A stretch of 64,000 nt of DNA, taken from contig JBALDB010000028.1 of NCBI GenBank assembly GCA_036918135.1, forward strand, positions 128,001 through 192,000, written 5' to 3'. Below, one piece after another: positions 9,207-20,494 of this stretch (positions are counted from its first letter, which is position 1; every line of letters begins with the position of its first letter). Source of the stretch: Nostoc sp. (GTDB taxonomy: Bacteria; Cyanobacteriota; Cyanobacteriia; Cyanobacteriales; Nostocaceae). The position numbers were made by a program, and so were the translations under genes. The notes under the pieces are model-generated. The model did not search any database. It had not been told where the DNA came from and worked only from the letters and a program-made list of their open reading frames with translations.

Positions 9207-11051
9207 GTGTCAGACTCTCTGCCATTGCGCGATCGCTATCTTGCTTTAATTGATGAAATTGTCGAAACCACTCTCAAGGGCAAAATTAGCTCTGTGGAAC
9301 AGGTGTATCAAATCCTGGTTAAAGGTATTACTTCCGGTACAGGGGAAGTGTTTGAACTAGCTTTGAGCGATCGCCTGAATGCTCTCCAAAGCCAAGTCGA
9401 TAGCGAAAAAGACGAACTCAAAAAAGCGAAAGCTACTCGAAGTTTGAGAGCTATTAAAACCATTCAAACTCAATGGCAACGTTGGCAAGAGCAAAATAAA
9501 GCGACGGAAGCGATTGCTTCAGCAGTAACAGAAATTACTACAGCTGCTGCTAATGAGCGTCTGGCAGCATTTGTGCGTGTTATTGACCCAAATCAAAAGT
9601 ATCCCCTAAATTTGCCCCAATTACAGCAGCTATCAAAATCATTACAGCAATTTGCCCAGATAGATGCTAATTTACAACAATTTTCTGAAGGTATTACCCG
9701 TGGTTTAGCTTCTTGGCAACGCCTCCAAGACAATTTGCTCAGTTGGATGTACGAGCAAAGAGAATCTTTGGGATTTGGCGGCGTCCCTGGCGAACGTGGC
9801 CCTTGGGCGAGTTGGGCAAAGCAACTCAATAGTGAGTTACCCCAAGCACTGTTTCGCACCTTAGCGATGGAGGAATCTGCAATTCAATTCGCCGAACAGC
9901 AACGGGGTATCACCCTTAAAGATTGGGTGGAAATGGCGTTGATTTTACAATATTTGCAACGAGGGTTAATTAACTGGTTTGACCAACAAGCTTACGATGT
10001 TAAGGCAGGGCCAAATTTGTCCATTTCCACTTTTTTGACCTTTGCAGTAATTTGGAGTCAGTTAGCAAGTGGTTTTCAAAGCATTGGTGCAGTATATAGT
10101 GATGCTTGTTCTCAAATTATGCTGCAAATTCTGCGAACCTTTGCCCAACGCTCATATTTTCCGCTTTACGGCGGCATTTTCGCCTCATTTTCTGGCAGTT
10201 ATCTCCGGAATACTTTAGATTATTTAGATGAACCGCTGCGAACTGTAGAGGGAACCCAAGAAAAAGCGCGGATTTTGACACTTTTAGGCTACTCTCAACG
10301 TGCTTTGGGACAATATCAGCGCTCTGTAGACTTTCATCAGCAGGCGTTGGACATAGCTAGGAGTGCAGGCGATCGCCCTTGTGAAATTGCCAATCTCAAC
10401 CACCTCAGCCGTACCTATGTCCAACAGCAAAATTATGCCGAAGCAATAAATTACAGTCAACGAGCATTAATATTGAGTCGGCAAGCAGGCGATAGGACAG
10501 GAGAAGCAAACGCGCTGGTAAATTTAGGCTACAGCGAAGTTATGCAGGCTCAGCAGTTGGAAAACTTAGAACCAGAAACCTATGAATCAGCAATTAACTA
10601 TTTGGAACAAGGTTTGAATTTGTCAGAAAAATTAGGAGATATTCCAAGTAAAGCTTTATGTTTCAGCAGCTTAGGAATTGCCTATTTAGTAATTGGACAA
10701 CACCAAACGGCAATTAAATACCTCGAAGATGGTTTTAAAATAGCACAATTCTCCGGTGATTTATATCTTCAAGGGCGGAATTTAGCTTATTTAGCTGAAG
10801 CTTATTATCATTTGCAAAATGTTGAGAAAACCATCTACACAGGTAGCTTAGGAATGTATCTTTTAAACCAAATTGGTTCTCGTGAATGGCGTCAACCAGC
10901 AGGGTTACTGACAATTTTACAGGGACAAATAGGGGCGGAAGATTTCCATAAATTCTTACAGAAACATCGTTCTAAAATCATTGTACTTATTGGTGTGGAT
11001 GGCTATGATTACATCCCAAATCTGTTAGAAATATACAAGCAAGATATATAG
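9207..11051 (+). CDS. TPR-containing protein
   Basis: 614-aa ORF with C-terminal TPRs (AGDRxxEA-N-L pattern). Confidence 0.8.
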   Translation: MSDSLPLRDRYLALIDEIVETTLKGKISSVEQVYQILVKGITSGTGEVFELALSDRLNALQSQVDSEKDELKKAKATRSLRAIKTIQTQWQRWQEQNKATEAIASAVTEITTAAANERLAAFVRVIDPNQKYPLNLPQLQQLSKSLQQFAQIDANLQQFSEGITRGLASWQRLQDNLLSWMYEQRESLGFGGVPGERGPWASWAKQLNSELPQALFRTLAMEESAIQFAEQQRGITLKDWVEMALILQYLQRGLINWFDQQAYDVKAGPNLSISTFLTFAVIWSQLASGFQSIGAVYSDACSQIMLQILRTFAQRSYFPLYGGIFASFSGSYLRNTLDYLDEPLRTVEGTQEKARILTLLGYSQRALGQYQRSVDFHQQALDIARSAGDRPCEIANLNHLSRTYVQQQNYAEAINYSQRALILSRQAGDRTGEANALVNLGYSEVMQAQQLENLEPETYESAINYLEQGLNLSEKLGDIPSKALCFSSLGIAYLVIGQHQTAIKYLEDGFKIAQFSGDLYLQGRNLAYLAEAYYHLQNVEKTIYTGSLGMYLLNQIGSREWRQPAGLLTILQGQIGAEDFHKFLQKHRSKIIVLIGVDGYDYIPNLLEIYKQDI

Positions 11052-11058
11052 TAAGTTA

Positions 11059-11340
11059 TATCATGTCCGTTCAAACAACCGTCATTGTGACCGTTCGCTC
11101 TTAGCGTTCCCGCAGGGTAGGGAAGCAATCTCAAAAACCTTGTGATTGCTTTGTTTCACTTCGTTCCACTCGCAATGACATATTATATCAAGTCTGGCTA
11201 ATTACTTACAATATGGTTGGTCTTTTTGGTAATTGGTAATGGGTGATAGGTGAACAGTTGTGTTTTCTGACTCATTACCCATTAGCCATTACCCATTACC
11301 GACCCTCACAAATATCATAACTGTTTAACCGGACATGATA
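11059..11340. mobile_element. MITE-like element with TATCATGTCCG...CGGACATGATA termini and TTA target duplication
   Basis: Inverted termini flanked by TTA at 11056-11058 and 11341-11343; internal hairpins and CCATTAC heptamers. Confidence 0.75.
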
Positions 11341-11355
11341 TTACCCAGTCCCCTT

Positions 11356-12579
11356 CTATATCTCTGCATTACTTTGCGTTTGAGAAATACCACTCACCGC
11401 AATGCAAACACCAGCTAGCAAAAATGCCATTGCACCCCCAACTGCACCAACAAAAGGTGATATGGTTTGCGGTTGGGGAAATAGGATATTAAACAAACTC
11501 ATCGCCAAAGCAAACCCACCAAAGTACATACCAATTCCTAATCCCGCCCATCTTTTGGGTATCAGTGCTAAAGCAAAAGGAACCGCCCCGTTGACAATTA
11601 AACTAAAGCCAGCAACGATTAATAGAATTATCGGAATTTGTGCGCCCACAAATATTATTATCAGTAACGAAGCAATGGTTGCACAAATACCACAAAGCAT
11701 TGCTTGACGATTGCCAATTTTGACGGCCAATATCCCAGCCGGAATGTTGGCTAGAGCGATCGCTATTCCAATCCACACCATTTGCACATCAATATTATCA
11801 GTATTCAGTTGAGCTTTGAGGACTTTACTTAAGACATCCATCAAAAATCGGATACCCCATGCTACACCAAAACCAGTTACTAAAATCACCACCAATTTTT
11901 GTAAAGGAAACTGTACTATCTCTGCATTGTGTCGATCGACTGGGGTTTCTGGAGGATTAACTAAGCGCAACACAGCTATCGTCCCTAACAAAGCAAAAGA
12001 ACCAATCGCAAAAGTTAAAACTGGCCCTAAACTGAGAATATATTTGCTCGCAATCGGTCTAAAAGCGCCAATAAATCCTCCTACTAAAGTAACAAAACTG
12101 ACTGCCAATGGTAACTCGGCTGGTGTAGAGTACATTCCCAGCAGGCAGATAGCTGGAGAGCGAAATATCGTCATCGCTAATGCCCAGGCTACTAGAATTA
12201 TTGGCAGCAGCGATCGCAAAACCATATTAAGCGGGATCAAGCTGACAACACATGGTATAGCAATAAACAAAGCCGATGCCAGAATCACACCTACTGAGAT
12301 AAACGGAAATCTCGTTCCTACCCAACGCCGAGATTCATCCGAAAGTCCCCCCATCACTGGTTCCAATACTGCACTCAAGGCATTTTCTACCAGCAATAAA
12401 CCAACAGCTAATGAGGCAGGAAAATCAAACTGGGCCAAAAGTTGGGGCAAGTACAGATTATATATTAACCAAGTTAAGGTAATTGCCCCTTGCACCGCAG
12501 CTAACGCCCAAACTTGCACCCATAAGATATTAAAAGAAAATTTTGAGGTAGTCATAAGCACAAAAGATGAGGGAGACAA
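11356..12579 (-). CDS. MFS transporter
   Basis: About 12 hydrophobic segments; GGLSDxxRR loop motif. Confidence 0.85.
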   Translation of the reverse strand: MSPSSFVLMTTSKFSFNILWVQVWALAAVQGAITLTWLIYNLYLPQLLAQFDFPASLAVGLLLVENALSAVLEPVMGGLSDESRRWVGTRFPFISVGVILASALFIAIPCVVSLIPLNMVLRSLLPIILVAWALAMTIFRSPAICLLGMYSTPAELPLAVSFVTLVGGFIGAFRPIASKYILSLGPVLTFAIGSFALLGTIAVLRLVNPPETPVDRHNAEIVQFPLQKLVVILVTGFGVAWGIRFLMDVLSKVLKAQLNTDNIDVQMVWIGIAIALANIPAGILAVKIGNRQAMLCGICATIASLLIIIFVGAQIPIILLIVAGFSLIVNGAVPFALALIPKRWAGLGIGMYFGGFALAMSLFNILFPQPQTISPFVGAVGGAMAFLLAGVCIAVSGISQTQSNAEI

Positions 12580-12648
12580 GACGAGACAAGAAAATTTTAT
12601 CTTGTCCTCCTCATCTCCCTCATCCCTTTCATCTCCTCTTATTCCTTT

Positions 12649-13821
12649 TTAATACTCCGGAACTGAGGAATCAATTTCCCGACTCCAAGCGGTAATACCA
12701 CCTTTGACATTCGTCCCGACAATCCCGGCTTCTTTGAGGATAGCCAGGGCTTTTGCCGATCGCCCGCCCATCTTACAATGAGCAATTAAGTGGTGACCGT
12801 TCAATATTTCTTTCACCCTAGCAACACCATTCCCGTTTTCAATCTCTGGTAAGGGCACCAAAACTGAGCCAGGAATCTTAGCAATCTCGTACTCATTGGG
12901 GTTGCGGACATCCAGTAGTACAAAATCCTTCGCACCACTATCTAGCAATTCCTTCAAATCCTTGACTGTCATTTCTTGAATTTCCATCTGCTGTTTTGCC
13001 TCCTCTGCCTTAGCTTGTGGAATTCCGCAGAATTGTTCGTAGTCTATCAGCTTTTCAATCACTGGACGAATCGGGTTAGGACGTAGCTTCAATTCCCGAA
13101 ATTTCATTTCTAGGGCGTTGTATAGCAGCAACCGTCCACTCAACGTATTACCCTGTCCAATAATAATTTTGACAGTTTCCGTTGCTTGGATAACACCGAT
13201 AATTCCTGGCAAAATTCCCAACACGCCACCTTCAGCACAAGAGGGAACCATTCCTGGTGGTGGTGGTTCCGGGTAAAGGTCGCGATAATTCGGCCCACCT
13301 TCGTAATTAAATACAGTAGCTTGTCCTTCAAAGCGGAAAATGGAACCGTAGACGTTGGGTTTGTTTAGCAATACGCAAGCATCGTTAACTAAATACCTCG
13401 TAGGAAAGTTATCGGTGCCATCAACCACGATATCGTAAGGTTGAAAAATTTCCAATGCATTTTCGGAACTCAGGCGAGTTTCGTAGAGATCGACCTGACA
13501 ATAGGGATTAATCTCGTGAATGCGGTTTTTTGCGGATTCAATCTTGGGTTTACCTACCCAGGATGTACCGTGGATTACTTGGCGTTGCAAATTGGAAGTA
13601 TCGACAACATCAAAATCAACAATGCCGATGCGTCCAATACCCGCAGCTGCTAAATATAAAAGTAGTGGTGAACCTAGTCCACCTGTACCGATACAAAGTA
13701 CGCTAGCAGCTTTCAAGCGCTTCTGTCCTTCGAGTCCCACTTCCGGCAAAATCAGGTGTCGGGAGTAGCGTTCGTAATCGTCTTTGGTCAACTGGATTTC
13801 ATCCAGATTTGGATCGATCAT
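12649..13821 (-). CDS. moeB: Molybdopterin-synthase adenylyltransferase MoeB/MoeZ (E1-like domain plus rhodanese)
   Basis: RYSRHLIL, GTGGLG, SNLQRQ, DGTDNF, SCAEGG; C-terminal rhodanese HCKMGGRS. Confidence 0.93.
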   Translation of the reverse strand: MIDPNLDEIQLTKDDYERYSRHLILPEVGLEGQKRLKAASVLCIGTGGLGSPLLLYLAAAGIGRIGIVDFDVVDTSNLQRQVIHGTSWVGKPKIESAKNRIHEINPYCQVDLYETRLSSENALEIFQPYDIVVDGTDNFPTRYLVNDACVLLNKPNVYGSIFRFEGQATVFNYEGGPNYRDLYPEPPPPGMVPSCAEGGVLGILPGIIGVIQATETVKIIIGQGNTLSGRLLLYNALEMKFRELKLRPNPIRPVIEKLIDYEQFCGIPQAKAEEAKQQMEIQEMTVKDLKELLDSGAKDFVLLDVRNPNEYEIAKIPGSVLVPLPEIENGNGVARVKEILNGHHLIAHCKMGGRSAKALAILKEAGIVGTNVKGGITAWSREIDSSVPEY

Positions 13822-13889
13822 AGCAGTTAAGAGGTGGAACGGGAATATTAATCCTATCGAAAAATGATATCTGTCTTGTAATTAAGCCG

Positions 13890-14348
13890 TTAAATTATAT
13901 TTTCAATTGCCTCTGCTTGGAACTGATGAGTGTTATCAAGGCTCCAGCTTCGCACTTCTGTAGCTTTACCGTTTTGGACGGAAACTATTATATACGAGTA
14001 TCCTTGCCAAGCATACACGCGATCGCATTCTGAAGGTATGGCAGAACAATCCGGGTGGGAGTGAAAAATGCCGATAATATTCAACGAGCGATCGCGTGCT
14101 TGTTTTTGTGCTTGTAACATTACTTGGGGGGCGATCGTATATTGCCGTTTTTTACTTTCTGCTGTGTGGTCGCCACAAAATTCAGCACCTGCCTCTGTAT
14201 TCCAGGCATTTTCTGTTGGCATAACTTCTACTGTGGTTTTGCCTTCATTAGCCACATAGCCCAAGATTATACCACAGCATTCCTCTGGGTAAATCTTTTC
14301 CGCATGGGTGCGAATAGTCTGTAAATGTTCTTGGCTAAGTCCAATCAT
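13890..14348 (-). CDS. JAMM/Mov34 (M67) metallopeptidase, Mec-like
   Basis: YPEECCG and FHSHPD...PSECD JAMM motif; next to moeB. Confidence 0.88.
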   Translation of the reverse strand: MIGLSQEHLQTIRTHAEKIYPEECCGIILGYVANEGKTTVEVMPTENAWNTEAGAEFCGDHTAESKKRQYTIAPQVMLQAQKQARDRSLNIIGIFHSHPDCSAIPSECDRVYAWQGYSYIIVSVQNGKATEVRSWSLDNTHQFQAEAIENII

Positions 14349-14539
14349 GTCTGCGTTTGTAATTTTGCTATCTCTAGCGATTCTTGTTTGAATACAATAC
14401 CTTACTACCTACTGGTTTTATTTAGATCCTAGCGAACACTATCATCAAATATCTATTTTTATCTGTTGAGAGAATATTCTCCTACTACTTTCGGTCAATT
14501 CTTTGGCTATCAAAATATCAATAGTATACAAAAACTAAT

Positions 14540-15130
14540 ATTTATTTATACGCTTATCAAATAATATGAAGATTATGCAAAGATTTTCTAAAAATATAGA
14601 CATTTAAGTAAATGTTCGGTAGTTAGTTATTATCGGGTTATTTAAATGTTTCCTATTTTCAAGCTAGATATTCAAAGGCGATCGCCCACAAAAAAGGCAT
14701 AGAGATTTCTTCTTTTATGCTATGTCAAGTGTTTTCTATTTTCAAGCTACTAGGACTTACCTATTGACAAACTAACCAAATTATGAACTTTTGGTTTCGG
14801 GTATCGCAGTTTGATTTTTTAACTATTTTTCAGCGATACCAAGGCTACTAATGAAGGATGATTTAAATTAGCCTGAAACTAGTTGCTTTCTAGAAGCCAC
14901 ACGCTCAGAAATAGGTACGCTGCTTAAGATTTAGATAGTCCTCAATAGTTGAATAAGTACTACTTGCAAACCAATTAAAAGGAGAATCTTCCAAAAAATT
15001 AACCATCAAGGGTGAGATTTTAAGTATGTCGAAAGCATCAACTTTCGGCAAATTTTTCTGCCCTCAAGTACTAACAGCAACTTGATAACTGAAAATTAGC
15101 CCCAAGTATTGATTTAGGTAGGAACAATTT
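14540..15130 (+). promoter_or_regulatory. Conserved upstream region of RTX gene 1, homologous to 20495-21072
   Basis: Shared colinear blocks (aaataatat.aaga.tatgcaaagat; atgtttcctatt; ggcgatcgccca; tgcttaaga; ataagtactac; tgtcgaaagcatc.actttcggc). Confidence 0.75.
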
Positions 15131-17821
15131 ATGGCAAATATCATTGGAACCAATGCAAATGATACCCTAGTGGGTACTGACAGTGCCGATACAATTAATG
15201 GTAAAGCTGGCAATGATATCATCACAGCTGGTTATAGCAACGACACTTTAACAGGTGGAGGCGGCAAGGACACATTTGTTTATAACTCAGGCGACGATAC
15301 TGATACGATTACTGACTTTGGTGGCGTCGGTAAAGGCTCAAATCCAACAGCAGCAGTGATTGCCGAAGTTGATACTATCAAATTCGTTGGCTATGGCTTG
15401 ACTGCGCGAAATCTGCTACTTATCCAAAATGGTAACAATTTGGAAATCACCTTTGCAGAAAACGGTTCTACCAAACTCATTCTCAAAAACTTCAAATTAG
15501 AAAACTTAGATAACCTGAAAGCCAATGGTACAAGACCAGCCATTGGTAATATCCTGTTTGATGGAGAAACTAGCATCACTGATAGCTTCAATGTTCTAAA
15601 TGCTAATTCCACTGATACAAACATCGGCATCAAGAACACAGTAACTTTCCTCAATGACCTAGACAACAACATTACTGCTTTAGACAACTCAGATGATGTA
15701 GTCAATGGGCAAGGAGGTAATGACAAAATTGATGGCTTAAGTGGCAATGACTTGCTGCGTGGTGGTGCTGGCAATGATACGATAATTGGCGGTGCTGGCA
15801 ATGATACTCTGATTGCTGGCACTGGTAACGATTACTTGAATGTTGACTACCCAGAAGGCAACAACCTACTATCTGGTGGCTATGGCGCTGATTATCTTGA
15901 CGCTTCTGGCTACTTCGAGTACGAAAATAGTTACTATGCCTCAGGCAATAACACCCTTAACGGTGGCACTGGAAATGATACTTTGAATATTGAATATTCA
16001 TCAGGCAATAATCTGCTGTCTGGGGGCGAGGGTAATGATTCTCTATCTGCCGCCGGTATCAGAACCTATGAGCCTGATAGCAGTGCTTTAGGGAATAACA
16101 CGCTCAACGGTGGTACTGGTAACGATAGATTGAATCTTAACTTTTCATCAGGCAATAACCTGCTGTCTGGTGATGATGGCAATGATATTATCTCTGTCTC
16201 TGGATTCGTTTACTACCAGATTGTTGGCGCCTCAGGCAAAAATACCCTCAACGGTGGTGTTGGTGATGATTACTTGACTGCGGATTATTCAACAGGCGAT
16301 AACTTGCTCGATGGTGGTCTTGGTAAGGATACCTTGAATGTTGAGGCTTCACTAGGCAATAACCTGCTCATTGGTGGTGATGACAATGATTATCTTGATG
16401 CTACTGGCAACTTCACCAGATACGGCATCGATTCCTCCTCAGGCAATAACACTCTCAACGGAGGTACTGGTGACGATACCTTAAATGTTAACTATTCGAG
16501 AGGTGATAATCTCTTGGATGGCGGTGATGGCAATGACTCTCTCTTTGGCTATAGCGACTTTGACGGCTACTATGGCGCATTAGACACGACTTATGGCAAT
16601 AACACTCTCAATGGTGGCACTGGTAACGATACCTTAAATGTTGACTTATCACAAGGCAATAATCTCCTGGATGGTGGTGATGATAATGATTTTCTTTCCG
16701 CCTCCGGTTTATTTAATGGCTACGAATATGGCGGAAGTTCATATTCTGTCACATTAGGCAGTAATACCCTCAATGGTGGTGTTGGTGACGATACATTGAA
16801 TATTGGTTATTCATCAGGCGATAACCTCCTTGATGGTGGCGAAGGCGATGACTCTCTCTCTGGCTCTGGTTTCCAGTACAACGACAACGACGGAGGCACT
16901 ATTACCACCTCAGGCAATAATACTCTCAATGGAGGTCTTGGTGACGATACATTAAATCTTGACTATTCATCAGGCAATAACTCATTAAATGGTGGCGATG
17001 GCAATGATTATCTCTCTACCTTTGGCGCACTAGGTAACAACACTCTCAACGGAGGTGCGGGGAACAATACTCTTATTGGTGGTATCGGTAATGATTACCT
17101 CAAAGGTGGTACTGGTGGCGATTTGCTCAGAGGTGATGTAGGAAATGATACGATAATTGGTAGTGGAGGTACTAACACACTCAACGGTGCTGCTGGTGAC
17201 GATTATTTGAGTATTAACTCTTTCAATATTGACTTTTTTGCTGGCTTTAATCTGTTCTCTGGGGGCGATGGTAATGATTCTCTGTTTGCTTCTTCCTCCA
17301 ATGAAGATTACGCTTCACTCTATAACACACTCAACGGTGGCGCTGGTGATGATTACTTAATTGTTGATGGTTTTACTGGTGATAACAGACTTAACGGGGG
17401 TGATGGTAATGATTATCTCTCCGTTTCTAATATCTCTTATGGTGGTGACACCCTCAACGGTGGTAAGGGTAATGATACCCTCATAGGTGGCAAGGGTAAT
17501 GATACCTTTGCCTTCAGCACTTATAATGATGGTATCGATCGACTTTTTGACTTCGACACAACCAATGACCAGATTCGGGTATCACTTTCTGGTTTTAGTG
17601 GCGACTTATCAACAGATTTTGAAGATTTCCTGTTAGCTAGCCAGTTTACGATTGGAACATCTGCAACCACTAACGCTCAGCGATTTATTTATAATGACAC
17701 TACAGGTGCATTGTTCTTTGACTCTGATGGCAGTGCAAGTACGTTTACTCAGGTACAATTTGCACAACTTACTGCTGGGTTGTCACTAACCAACAAGAAT
17801 TTTACTGCTTCCTATTTTTAG
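15131..17821 (+). CDS. RTX/hemolysin-type calcium-binding repeat protein (paralog 1)
   Basis: Many GGxGxDxL nonapeptides; C-terminal RFIYNxTTGALFFDxDG..FAQL motif typical of secreted cyanobacterial proteins. Confidence 0.92.
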   Translation: MANIIGTNANDTLVGTDSADTINGKAGNDIITAGYSNDTLTGGGGKDTFVYNSGDDTDTITDFGGVGKGSNPTAAVIAEVDTIKFVGYGLTARNLLLIQNGNNLEITFAENGSTKLILKNFKLENLDNLKANGTRPAIGNILFDGETSITDSFNVLNANSTDTNIGIKNTVTFLNDLDNNITALDNSDDVVNGQGGNDKIDGLSGNDLLRGGAGNDTIIGGAGNDTLIAGTGNDYLNVDYPEGNNLLSGGYGADYLDASGYFEYENSYYASGNNTLNGGTGNDTLNIEYSSGNNLLSGGEGNDSLSAAGIRTYEPDSSALGNNTLNGGTGNDRLNLNFSSGNNLLSGDDGNDIISVSGFVYYQIVGASGKNTLNGGVGDDYLTADYSTGDNLLDGGLGKDTLNVEASLGNNLLIGGDDNDYLDATGNFTRYGIDSSSGNNTLNGGTGDDTLNVNYSRGDNLLDGGDGNDSLFGYSDFDGYYGALDTTYGNNTLNGGTGNDTLNVDLSQGNNLLDGGDDNDFLSASGLFNGYEYGGSSYSVTLGSNTLNGGVGDDTLNIGYSSGDNLLDGGEGDDSLSGSGFQYNDNDGGTITTSGNNTLNGGLGDDTLNLDYSSGNNSLNGGDGNDYLSTFGALGNNTLNGGAGNNTLIGGIGNDYLKGGTGGDLLRGDVGNDTIIGSGGTNTLNGAAGDDYLSINSFNIDFFAGFNLFSGGDGNDSLFASSSNEDYASLYNTLNGGAGDDYLIVDGFTGDNRLNGGDGNDYLSVSNISYGGDTLNGGKGNDTLIGGKGNDTFAFSTYNDGIDRLFDFDTTNDQIRVSLSGFSGDLSTDFEDFLLASQFTIGTSATTNAQRFIYNDTTGALFFDSDGSASTFTQVQFAQLTAGLSLTNKNFTASYF

Positions 17822-17835
17822 GATAAACATCCACA

Positions 17836-17868
17836 GGCGATCGCTAACTAGGTATTATAGCGATCGCC
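17836..17868. terminator. Hairpin formed by two HIP1 sites after RTX gene 1
   Basis: GGCGATCGCTA-N11-TAGCGATCGCC. Confidence 0.45.
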
Positions 17869-18093
17869 AAGTAAAAAGAATCTAAAACTACTATTTTCTT
17901 CAAGTTACATTCTAATAAAGTTAGAAAACATTTAATAATTGCATAGTCTGAAAAGAAAAATTGCTCTCCTTTCAAAGGAGACATCAAGTGTGTGAAAAAC
18001 TTCAAATTTTGAGTGAGTATTTGTGACTTCAAATAGCAATACCAATTGAGAAATGAGGATAGTTAAAAAATACATTGACAGAGGAAAAAAGTA

Positions 18094-20232
18094 ATGGCAA
18101 ATATCATTGGAACCAATGCAAATGATACCCTAGTGGGTACTGACAGTGCCGATACAATTAATGGTAAAGCTGGCAATGATATCATCACAGGTGGTTATGG
18201 TGACGATACTTTGACAGGTGGAGGCGGCAAGGACATATTTGTTTATGACTTCGGCAGGACTAATACGATTACTGATTTTGGTGGCGTCGGTAAAGGCTTA
18301 AATCCAACAGCAGCAGTGATTGCCGAAGTTGATACTATCAAATTTGGTCAGGGCTTTACTGCGCGAAATCTGCTACTTATCCAAAATGGTAACAATTTGG
18401 AAATCACCTTTGCAGAAGACGCCTATACCAAACTCATTCTCAAAAACTTCAAATTAGAAAACTTAGATAACCTGAAAGCCAATGGTACAAGACCAGCCAT
18501 TGGTAATATCCTGTTTGATGGTCAAACCAGTATCACCGATAGCTTCAATGTTCTAGATGCTAACTCCACTGATACAAGTATCGGCATCAAAAACACAGTA
18601 ACTTTCCTCAATGACCTTGACAACAACATTACTGCTTTAGACAACTCAGATGATGTCGTCAATGGGCAAGGAGGTAATGACAAAATTAATGGCTTAAGTG
18701 GTAATGACTTGCTGCGTGGTGGTACGGGCAATGATACGATAATTGGCGGTGCTGGCAATGATACTCTGATTGCTGGCACTGGTAACGATTCCTTGAATGT
18801 TAACTACCCACAAGGCAACAACTTGCTATCTGGTGGCTATGGCGCTGATTATCTTGACGCTTCTGGCTACTATCAGGAAAATGTTTACTATGCCTCAGGC
18901 AATAACACCCTTAACGGTGGCACTGGAAATGATACATTGAATATTAACTATTCATCAGGTAATAATCTGCTATCTGGGGACAACGGCAATGATTCTTTGT
19001 GTGCAAGTAACTCAGGCGGAAGCGGAAGCTCTTCCTACCCTATTGGCACTTTAGGGAGCAACACGCTCAAGGGTGGTGCTGGTGACGATACATTGAATAT
19101 TAACTATTCATCAGGCAATAACCTGCTATTTGGTGATGATGGCAATGATATTCTCTCCGTCTCTGGATTCCAGTACTACGACATTGTTGGCGCCTCAGGT
19201 AAAAATACCCTTAACGGTGGTGTTGGTAACGATTACTTGACTGCGGATAATTCAACAGGCGATAACTTACTCGATGGTGGCCTTGGTAACGATACCTTGA
19301 ATGTTGACGCATCACAAGGCAATAACCTGCTCATTGGTGGTGATGACAATGATTATCTTTATGCTAGTGGCAACCTCACCAGATACGGCATCTTTAGCTC
19401 TTTAGGCAATAACACCCTCAATGGTGGTGTTGGTGACGATACCTTAAATATTAATTATTCAAGAGGTGATAATCTCTTGGATGGCGGCGATGGTAATGAC
19501 TCTCTCTTTGGCTATAGCGACTTTGACGGCTACTACGGCGCATTAGACACGACTTATGGCAATAACACTCTCAATGGTGGCACTGGTAACGATACCTTAA
19601 ATGTTGACTTATCACAAGGCGATAATCTCCTGGATGGTGGCGATGGTAACGATTTCCTTTCTGCCTCCGGTTTATACAGTGACTACGAATACGGCGGAAG
19701 TTCATATTTTGTGACATTAGGCAGTAATACCCTCAATGGTGGTGTTGGTGACGATACATTGAATATTGGTTATTCATCAGGCGATAACCTCCTTGATGGT
19801 GGCGATGGTAATGATATTCTCACAGCCTTTGATGCTACTGGTAAGAACACCCTCAAAGGTGGTAATGGCAACGATATCCTCACGGGTGGCAAAGGTAATA
19901 ACAGCCTCTATGGAGGAAGTGGTACTGATACCTTTGTTTTTAATAGTTTCAACCAAGGTGTTGATAGACTTTATGACTTCAACGCCACTAATGAACTAAT
20001 CCAAGTATCAGCTACTGGTTTTGGTGGCGGCTTATCATCAGGTGTACTTAAGACAAGTCAGTTTAAGATTGGTGCATCTGCAACCACAACTAGTCAGCGA
20101 TTTATTTATAACAACACTACAGGTGCATTATTCTTTGACCAGGATGGTAGTGCAGGTGCATTTACTCAGGTAAAATTTGCACAGCTATCTGCTGGCTTGT
20201 CATTAACCAGCAACAATTTTGTGGTTGTTTAA
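18094..20232 (+). CDS. RTX/hemolysin-type calcium-binding repeat protein (paralog 2)
   Basis: Same architecture; N-terminal part near-identical to paralog 1, C-terminal part near-identical to paralog 3. Confidence 0.92.
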   Translation: MANIIGTNANDTLVGTDSADTINGKAGNDIITGGYGDDTLTGGGGKDIFVYDFGRTNTITDFGGVGKGLNPTAAVIAEVDTIKFGQGFTARNLLLIQNGNNLEITFAEDAYTKLILKNFKLENLDNLKANGTRPAIGNILFDGQTSITDSFNVLDANSTDTSIGIKNTVTFLNDLDNNITALDNSDDVVNGQGGNDKINGLSGNDLLRGGTGNDTIIGGAGNDTLIAGTGNDSLNVNYPQGNNLLSGGYGADYLDASGYYQENVYYASGNNTLNGGTGNDTLNINYSSGNNLLSGDNGNDSLCASNSGGSGSSSYPIGTLGSNTLKGGAGDDTLNINYSSGNNLLFGDDGNDILSVSGFQYYDIVGASGKNTLNGGVGNDYLTADNSTGDNLLDGGLGNDTLNVDASQGNNLLIGGDDNDYLYASGNLTRYGIFSSLGNNTLNGGVGDDTLNINYSRGDNLLDGGDGNDSLFGYSDFDGYYGALDTTYGNNTLNGGTGNDTLNVDLSQGDNLLDGGDGNDFLSASGLYSDYEYGGSSYFVTLGSNTLNGGVGDDTLNIGYSSGDNLLDGGDGNDILTAFDATGKNTLKGGNGNDILTGGKGNNSLYGGSGTDTFVFNSFNQGVDRLYDFNATNELIQVSATGFGGGLSSGVLKTSQFKIGASATTTSQRFIYNNTTGALFFDQDGSAGAFTQVKFAQLSAGLSLTSNNFVVV

Positions 20233-20494
20233 GGGTAATTAAGGTTGCATTACTGGGCAGCAAGCAAGGTCGTTAATCTAAGAAATGCGAGGTGTGATTT
20301 TACACGCGTTGTACTTAATTTTCCTGTGTATTAGTAATTAATGGCAAGCAAAAGCGATTTTGGCTTGGATAGAGTTTATTTGTATCACAACGTGGGTGTA
20401 GCCTGCTGTAGGCATGTTCTATCGATGCTTCGGACATTTGCTTGCTGCTCTAGGCAAATTCTTTGACCGGAAAATATAAAGCATATACAAAGCT

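Noticed and set aside
11816..12652. 278-aa plus-strand ORF
   Set aside because: Antisense shadow of the hydrophobic MFS gene with no recognisable motifs; most other short overlapping ORFs in the track were dismissed the same way.
12649..14348. E1 plus JAMM pair as a ubiquitin-like defence system (CBASS/Bil type)
   Set aside because: It is a MoeZ-type E1-rhodanese with a Mec-like JAMM, the ordinary sulfur-carrier pathway; no E2, cyclase or effector is adjacent.
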